Under the pieces are notes generated by a model, which was not told where the DNA came from, searched no databases, and was given only the letters and a program-made list of their open reading frames with translations. This document shows, piece after piece, positions 57,891 to 64,000 of a stretch of 64,000 nucleotides of DNA. The stretch is taken from contig CAJQIG010000004.1 in NCBI GenBank assembly GCA_905478415.1, forward strand, positions 139,523 to 203,522, read 5' to 3'. The position numbers were made by a program, and so were the translations under genes. How positions within the stretch are numbered: position 1 is the stretch's first letter; every line of letters begins with the position of its first letter. The stretch is from an uncultured Patescibacteria group bacterium. GTDB taxonomy: Bacteria > Patescibacteriota > Microgenomatia > UBA1400 > PJMF01.

Positions 57891-58799
57891 CTAGCTATCT
57901 ACACGCCAATAGTTAAGTGCATCATTAAATGTACTTGGGAATTGATTTTTTACCTTCTCGACCAGTATTTGATTGCCTCGTTCTTGTTTCATAACAGAAT
58001 TTTTTATTATTTCCCAATAATCATTCTGATCTTCCGAAGGATAATTATCCTTTAATTTGAGTAAAAAATCTTTAATAAAAGGTTTCAATCCACCTCCTAA
58101 ATCCAAATGGAAGAAAGATGCTATTTGAAATGTATATCCATTTCCTTGAAACTCTGATTCATTTGACTTATGAAGCCTTAAGAAGGCTCGTTGTTTTTGT
58201 ACTAACTTTAAAATCGTTTCATTTTTTTTACTAATTGGGAGAACAAATGGCACTATACCAAAAAGTTCTAGACTCTCAGGACTAACTGGTTCAACTTTAT
58301 TAGAAATAGTCTTAGCTAGGAGTAAGTTTATAAGCAAATTAATCGTTTTAACTGCAACTTTCTTATCAAAATTCGCTAATTCATTTGCTTCTATTTTACT
58401 AAGATTATTGGATGTTCGTAGAAAATTTTCCTCTTCTACTGATAGGAGTCCGTCTCGAAGATTACCGTTCTTTATTTTTTTAAAAATTCTAGAAAACATA
58501 CTTTCTGGATTATATGTCAAAATGTTTTGAAATTGCTTATAAAGTTGATCTTCATCATAGAAAACTACTAAATCAATATCAGTATATTCAGCTGAGTCTT
58601 TAGTGAGTATCTTATTTTTAGTTAATGATCCATAAACAGAAAAAGCTATCTCTATTGATTGATCAACACTAAAACGAAGTTGATCCTTAATTTTATTTCT
58701 GCTTGTGACTAATTGTGAAATCCGATTTCTTGATATTTCATCTGAAGAGACCCTCCAACGTCTATCAGAATTTGGTTCGTAGTTTATTTTAATTGTCAT
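57891..58799 (-). CDS. Pol-beta-superfamily nucleotidyltransferase (MNT fold); candidate CD-NTase/SMODS-like or antibiotic NTase
   Basis: VYGSLTKNKILTKDSAEYTDIDLVVF = hG[GS]x(9-15)[DE]h[DE]h motif. Confidence 0.5.
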   Translation of the reverse strand: MTIKINYEPNSDRRWRVSSDEISRNRISQLVTSRNKIKDQLRFSVDQSIEIAFSVYGSLTKNKILTKDSAEYTDIDLVVFYDEDQLYKQFQNILTYNPESMFSRIFKKIKNGNLRDGLLSVEEENFLRTSNNLSKIEANELANFDKKVAVKTINLLINLLLAKTISNKVEPVSPESLELFGIVPFVLPISKKNETILKLVQKQRAFLRLHKSNESEFQGNGYTFQIASFFHLDLGGGLKPFIKDFLLKLKDNYPSEDQNDYWEIIKNSVMKQERGNQILVEKVKNQFPSTFNDALNYWRVDS

Positions 58800-59062
58800 A
58801 AGTAAGTATTGCAGATTATATGATATTAAGCTAATCTTTTAAAGATGGTGGCTCTACTGTTAACGCAGATTTGAATAAGATATAAATTTCAAACAAGATA
58901 AGCAATAATCTAATTCTGAATGCGATCAGTATTATTGAGGTTTAGAATAAATAAACAAGGTTCTAACTTGGTACACACACCTCCGCAAATCAAAAATCCT
59001 ATATAAGGTATTCTCACTATCCCATTTCATCTATTTGTATAATCTTGATAGAATAGAATAAT

Positions 59063-59485
59063 ATGAACATGTTCAAACCTACCATGACGAACTCAGTTTC
59101 ATCTTACATTGATGCATTGCCAGCAGATAGAAAAAAAATCATTATTTTTCTTCATGATTTTATTCAAAAAAATGCTCCAACTCTCAAACCTCATTTTGCT
59201 TCAAATATGATTGGGTATGGTTCTTTTCCCTATACAAACTACAAAAAAGAAAAAGGTGAGTGGCCAGTCATTGCATTAGCCAACCAAAAAAACTATGTTA
59301 GTGTGTATATTTGTGGGGTCATAGATAATGAGTATTTAGCAGAAAAATATAAAGATGAATTGGGGAAAGTAAATGTTGGTAAAAGTTGTATTAGATTTAA
59401 GAAAGTAGATCAAGTACATCTGCCAACACTCAAAAAAGTTATTTCACTTGCTGCAAAAAATCCAGGTTTGGTGAGTGTTCACTAA
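59063..59485 (+). CDS. DUF1801 (YdhG-like) domain protein
   Basis: ORF with DUF1801-like sequence pattern. Confidence 0.45.
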   Translation: MNMFKPTMTNSVSSYIDALPADRKKIIIFLHDFIQKNAPTLKPHFASNMIGYGSFPYTNYKKEKGEWPVIALANQKNYVSVYICGVIDNEYLAEKYKDELGKVNVGKSCIRFKKVDQVHLPTLKKVISLAAKNPGLVSVH

Positions 59486-59511
59486 TAAGTATATAGTTAC
59501 TAAGGAAATAC

Positions 59512-59811
59512 ATGTATAAAGACATAATCACCTACAAACTAGCCGAAGGCATTGCTGAGGAGCACTTACTTGCAATTGCACAACGAATCATTGAAGAGTG
59601 GATGAGCAAACAACCAGGATTTCAGAAATGGGAAATTCATAAAAATTCAGATGGTACTTACACCGACATCGTTCATTGGAATTCAGAAGAAAGTGCTAAA
59701 AAAGCAGAAGCAGAAATGGTGAATATACCAAATGCAGCTGATTGGTATGCATGTTATGCAGAAGGCACAATTTCGAGCAAAAAACTTCATAAAGTTGCTG
59801 AATATAAATAA
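59512..59811 (+). CDS. ABM (antibiotic biosynthesis monooxygenase)-like / Dabb-type small protein
   Basis: 99 aa ferredoxin-like pattern. Confidence 0.4.
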   Translation: MYKDIITYKLAEGIAEEHLLAIAQRIIEEWMSKQPGFQKWEIHKNSDGTYTDIVHWNSEESAKKAEAEMVNIPNAADWYACYAEGTISSKKLHKVAEYK

Positions 59812-59879
59812 CAACTTTGTATTATTGATGGGGCTTACTGGTTCCAGACCCACGCTCTTCGCACCCCTGATGAATGTTT

Positions 59880-61034
59880 TTAAACTGAACGAAAACGAAC
59901 AACTCCTCTTGTTACAACTCCACTGACCTGCCCCTTAGTTTTCTTTCGAAATGTTTTCAAAGAATGCTTCCAACCAGCTCGAACATCAGAAAAGTACTCT
60001 CTTAACCCTTTTGCCTCCGAACGACTAAACGTATGCAGACGTGTCACATGGACCGTAGTAACAATATAGTTTATAAGTTGCTGATCAATCTCTTTTGGCT
60101 GATTCAGAGCTATTGTTTTCTTGTATAACTTGACTAAACGATGAACTCCATAACTAGTACCATAACGTCGAACTGTTCTTCTTTGTAGATCCTTACCATT
60201 CGCAACACTATATTTTTCACGAATTTCTTTGACAATTTGAGCAACTGTAAATTTTTGACCTCGGAGTGTTCCATTAAAGTGGCATGACTCTAAGTGAGAA
60301 TACGTTTGAGGAGTCACCATCCCATCTCCACCCTTGAAATCTAGAATAAAAGGCACCCGACCACACATCATTGCCTCCATGACTCCGCGACCAAGACTAA
60401 AAACAATGTCTGCATCATTAATAATTTGAGGCAATTCTTCATTGGGCACACTTTCAAAACGAGCACCAACTTTCTTAAGTTTTATTCCTAATTTTTTACA
60501 TGCTTTTTCGATCCGACTTTCCGTCTGAGAATCAATTCTATTAGAAATAATCACCGCTTGTTTTGGGACATCGTTAATAGATTGAACACTAGAAAAAAGT
60601 TTTTCATCTATCAGATTATTCACCACGACTACATTTCTTTTAAGCACACCTTGTTTTTTTAGACTTGCTTTCACATACTCAGAAACAGCGCCATACAAAG
60701 AAATATTTACATCAATAAGTGGAACATGCTCTAAAAAGGCCACGCCACTGTGTGATAAAAAGAAAATGGGTACCTCAGGAAAAAGCTGCCGAACTTCTAG
60801 GGCTGTGATATTATGCTGCACATGAGCAACGTCAAAGTGTTTCTTCTTGACTTCATTAAGATCCATAACTAAGTGAATTTTTTCTAAAGCAAAGAGCGAT
60901 TCAAAGACATCAACATACCGAGAATACACCGTCACTCTATGACCAGCTTCACTCAGTCCCTTTGCTAACTGAAAGGTGTAGAGTTCACTGCCTGCAAAAT
61001 TGGCAAGTTGGTGAGTAGTAATAAGTATATTCAT
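59880..61034 (-). CDS. glycosyltransferase family 1 (GT4-like); ORF extends to 61136 but likely starts at MNILITTHQ
   Basis: N-terminal ILITTHQLANFAGSE, C-terminal GT1 fold. Confidence 0.65.
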   Translation of the reverse strand: MNILITTHQLANFAGSELYTFQLAKGLSEAGHRVTVYSRYVDVFESLFALEKIHLVMDLNEVKKKHFDVAHVQHNITALEVRQLFPEVPIFFLSHSGVAFLEHVPLIDVNISLYGAVSEYVKASLKKQGVLKRNVVVVNNLIDEKLFSSVQSINDVPKQAVIISNRIDSQTESRIEKACKKLGIKLKKVGARFESVPNEELPQIINDADIVFSLGRGVMEAMMCGRVPFILDFKGGDGMVTPQTYSHLESCHFNGTLRGQKFTVAQIVKEIREKYSVANGKDLQRRTVRRYGTSYGVHRLVKLYKKTIALNQPKEIDQQLINYIVTTVHVTRLHTFSRSEAKGLREYFSDVRAGWKHSLKTFRKKTKGQVSGVVTRGVVRFRSV

Positions 61035-61095
61035 AAGATTTATTAGGCTTATATTATATACTATTGTAACTAAAATTGCAAAAAAAACCACTTTC

Positions 61096-61419
61096 TTGAA
61101 TCTTTTTAAGATTACATCTATACTTACCCCATACACTAGTTACGCCAAGAAAGTACCCTTCTTCATGCAAAAAATGTGCCAAAGTTGTGGAATGCCCCTC
61201 TCGAAAGATCCCAAGAATGGGGGAAGTGAAAAAGATGGTTCAAAATCTGAAAAATACTGTAGCTACTGCTATGTAAATGGAGTATTTGTAGATAACTGTA
61301 AAAATTCTCAAGAAATGCAAAAACTTTGTATCAAGATGATGACTAAAAATGGCATGCCTAAATGGGTAGCTTGGCTCTTCACTCGCAGCATTCCTGGGCT
61401 TGAACGTTGGAAACAATAG
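61096..61419 (+). CDS. zinc-ribbon domain small protein
   Basis: CQSCGMPL...CSYCY. Confidence 0.45.
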   Translation: MNLFKITSILTPYTSYAKKVPFFMQKMCQSCGMPLSKDPKNGGSEKDGSKSEKYCSYCYVNGVFVDNCKNSQEMQKLCIKMMTKNGMPKWVAWLFTRSIPGLERWKQ

Positions 61420-61778
61420 CGGTGTCGGCATCAGAAAAAGCAACTCAAACAAGTATCCCCTGGTTTGTCTATATTCTTACGTGTAGTGATGGCTCACTGT
61501 ATACCGGTTCCACCAATAATGTAGAAAAAAGAGTTGCAACTCATCAGAGTGGGAAAGGTGCCAAATACACTCGGAGTCACTTACCAGTAACTTTAACCTA
61601 TGTAGAAAAGTGCCAGGATAGATCTGAAGCTGGACAAAGAGAAGCCATAATTAAAAAACTTTCGAGAAAAGAAAAAGTAAAACTTATACTTAACGACGAA
61701 GTACAGCAGCGACAAGTCCAGCAATTACCCCCACATCTGCAACAAACTGTAACACCAGTAACCAAGCATAGGCTTTGA
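61407..61778 (+). CDS. GIY-YIG nuclease family protein
   Basis: WFVYILTCSDGSLYTGSTNNVEKRVATH. Confidence 0.75.
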   Translation: METIAVSASEKATQTSIPWFVYILTCSDGSLYTGSTNNVEKRVATHQSGKGAKYTRSHLPVTLTYVEKCQDRSEAGQREAIIKKLSRKEKVKLILNDEVQQRQVQQLPPHLQQTVTPVTKHRL

Positions 61779-62616
61779 CAGAAACATAGTTATGATTTTT
61801 CCAAACTGCCCAAAGGCTATAGAGTAACAGTAACCCTACAAGTAGCAGTCCTAGTTCTGAGTTTTTAAAATATATACTAGTAAAAAAAAGTGCACCAAAT
61901 AGAATATATCGTACAGCTACTAAAACCGCTTTTGGTCGAATTACTTGCCCCTTCACGTCGCCTTTTGACATACTCATCACCATCTTAAAGAAACTCTTCA
62001 GTGAGGATCGTGGCTGCCAAACTACGGTAGCCTCTTTGCAAAAAACTATTGCAACATTCGCTCGAATAAGTCGATGCGCAAACTCATAATCTTCGCTGAC
62101 TTCTAGTTGCTCATCAAAGTAGCCGACCGTTTTAAACACTGATTTTTTAAGCAGCATCGAGCGCGTGGCTGGTAAGAAGTTTAGTGGGTCAAGCTTATCG
62201 GGCATAACGAACACATAGGGCACGACCGCCTCTTCAAATGGTGTCTGCGGTTCAGCTCGGTAGTAACCAGAAACAACTTCTGCTCCTGTTCGAAGGAGTG
62301 TCTTTGTAAGTGTTTCCAACCAGTCTTTGTCTAAAATACATCCCGCATCAGTAATAGCAATGGTGCTGTGCTTAGCTTTTAAAATTGCAAAGTTCCTGCC
62401 CTCACTTCTGCCAGATGTATGTCGATACACTCGCAACTTTAAATGAGGAAACGTCCGATGAGCTGTTTTGAGAACTTCAAAAGTACCATCAGTCGAACCA
62501 CCGTCAACAATAATAACTTCATTTGGAAGGCGAGTTTGGATACTCATACTTTTAAGTAAAGGTAGAATAGTATTTTTTTCGTTTAAAACAGTACAAATGA
62601 GTGAAATGTTAGGCAT
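61690..62616 (-). CDS. glycosyltransferase family 2
   Basis: ISLICTVLNEKNTILPLLKSM...VIIVDGGSTDGT. Confidence 0.8.
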   Translation of the reverse strand: MPNISLICTVLNEKNTILPLLKSMSIQTRLPNEVIIVDGGSTDGTFEVLKTAHRTFPHLKLRVYRHTSGRSEGRNFAILKAKHSTIAITDAGCILDKDWLETLTKTLLRTGAEVVSGYYRAEPQTPFEEAVVPYVFVMPDKLDPLNFLPATRSMLLKKSVFKTVGYFDEQLEVSEDYEFAHRLIRANVAIVFCKEATVVWQPRSSLKSFFKMVMSMSKGDVKGQVIRPKAVLVAVRYILFGALFFTSIYFKNSELGLLLVGLLLLYSLWAVWKNHNYVSVKAYAWLLVLQFVADVGVIAGLVAAVLRR

Positions 62617-63871
62617 CGTATCCTTGTACTACTTTGCGTGAAAGCTGCCAAGCTTTTGCCTTCATCATTTCATCTAAGTATGCTGCTGCAACTTTGTCCA
62701 TTTGGTACTTCTCTGTATATTCTGCTAAAGCTGCAGTTCCAATTTTTTTTCTAAGCGAAGCACTTTTCAGAACTGAGAGAATGTTTTGAGCTAAGTCGGC
62801 GATATCTCCCGTACCTGCTAACAAACCTGTCTCACCAGCACTCAAAATTTCATTGGTAGGCGGACGATTAAAAGCGACAATTGGTTTAGCTAAAGCCATA
62901 GCTTCGATTGTCACTAATCCAAACCCTTCCAAAGACCATATTGAAGGGAACACAACCACTTGGGCCTTTTCTAAATGTGAACGAACATTCTTAACTCGAC
63001 CTAAAAAATTGACATATTTTTCGAGTTTTAATTCGTGCACCAAAGCAGTTAACTCTGACAAAAAATCACCTTCACCAATAATGTTAAGTTGTACCTTTGG
63101 GACCTTTTTTATAATTTCTGGCAAGGCGCGAATCAGCAAATCTTGCCCCTTTCCCGGTTCTAATCTCGATACACAAGTAACCACCGGTTTTACTACATCC
63201 ACAAATTTTGCCACTTTCTTTTGTTGACTTCCACACGGAACAATAGCTGTCTTGGCTAATGAAACTCTGGCACTTTGTAACACATCTTCGCGCGTATGCT
63301 TTGAAGGAACAATAACTCTGTCTACCCATTGTTTTGCTATGCGATAGAGCACTTTAGGAAGTCGAAAATGCTTTGTAAACAAGGGGCTCAACGGTCCAAA
63401 CTCGATCCAAACAACCGGCAACCCAAATACCTTTGCCCAAAAGCTAGCTAAGATTTTTTCTGGAAAGCCACTCATCACCACTACATCAGCATCTCTTTCT
63501 TTAAAAACGATCCAACCATAGTACACCCAAGCAAACGGAAACAAAAAGAAGGCTTTGATGAGTCCTTTGTAATTACCAATAACATCAATCACTAGGGGAA
63601 TAGATGAGGTGGTAACTCCAACTTTTTCAAGCATCCGTGAGAAAGCAACGTTTGTTGTATATGCATGCGTCGAGATATCTTTTTCTTGAAGTTTTGAGAA
63701 TAAGTCTCGATCGAATGTTTCTGCTCCACCAAGGCTGAGTGCCTGATTTAAAAAGAGAATCTTGTTGATAGTTTCTTTGACGGGCAGTTTATAAAACTCG
63801 GCTTCAAAATTTGTTTCAACCGTTCGGATCTTTCTCAACCCCAACCCCTGAAAAAGCAACTCTGCCACCAA
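62609..63871 (-). CDS. glycosyltransferase family 1 (GT4); reading frame stays open upstream to window end (63872..64000), so N-terminus may extend
   Basis: KILFLNQALSLGGAE; EGFGLVTIEAMALAKPIV. Confidence 0.75.
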   Translation of the reverse strand: MVAELLFQGLGLRKIRTVETNFEAEFYKLPVKETINKILFLNQALSLGGAETFDRDLFSKLQEKDISTHAYTTNVAFSRMLEKVGVTTSSIPLVIDVIGNYKGLIKAFFLFPFAWVYYGWIVFKERDADVVVMSGFPEKILASFWAKVFGLPVVWIEFGPLSPLFTKHFRLPKVLYRIAKQWVDRVIVPSKHTREDVLQSARVSLAKTAIVPCGSQQKKVAKFVDVVKPVVTCVSRLEPGKGQDLLIRALPEIIKKVPKVQLNIIGEGDFLSELTALVHELKLEKYVNFLGRVKNVRSHLEKAQVVVFPSIWSLEGFGLVTIEAMALAKPIVAFNRPPTNEILSAGETGLLAGTGDIADLAQNILSVLKSASLRKKIGTAALAEYTEKYQMDKVAAAYLDEMMKAKAWQLSRKVVQGYDA

Positions 63872-64000
63872 TCGTTGGCGAGTAAAGCCAATTTTATGTG
63901 CTCCAAATACGCCCGTGTCTGTTCGATGGGCAGTGCTGCCATAGAGAAATATATTTCTGACTTCTTTGTCTTCAGAAAAATTTTCAATAATAGCATCGAT

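Overview
This is a low-GC, gene-dense bacterial window, roughly 40-50% GC in backbone genes with islands near 30% GC. It contains about 75 protein-coding genes, mostly on the minus strand, and six tRNA genes. Its character is consistent with a small-genome, possibly CPR-like uncultivated bacterium, because several tRNAs lack an encoded CCA tail and there is a 2376-aa repeat-rich surface protein.

Recognisable housekeeping genes include enolase, Maf, RecQ helicase, an ECF sigma/anti-sigma pair, and a MacB-type ABC exporter placed next to the giant surface protein. Others are a CcdA/DsbD-thioredoxin redox module, three NUDIX hydrolases, three GNAT acetyltransferases, an SDR, glycosyltransferases (GT1/GT2), a GIY-YIG nuclease and DgkA.

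The most interesting region is an AT-rich integrated element at about 15.6-21.3 kb. It lies next to a serine-type tRNA and encodes a large serine recombinase, a pC194-type rolling-circle Rep and a structured hairpin locus. Its cargo is a 774-aa Rad50/RloC-like ABC ATPase with a coiled-coil CPAC zinc hook, a C-terminal HEPN-like domain and a zinc ribbon, plus a small upstream partner. This is a candidate anticodon-nuclease-like defence module.

The window holds four to five tRNA-Ser genes. One has an apparent ACU anticodon and is overlapped by the recombinase gene. Several degenerate copies of tRNA 3' ends sit at 15.6, 55.1, 55.6, 57.6 and 57.8 kb and mark relics of successive integrations, with small AT-rich islets carrying an XRE regulator, a HEPN-like ORF and a Pol-beta-fold nucleotidyltransferase.

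No CRISPR array and no rRNA were seen.
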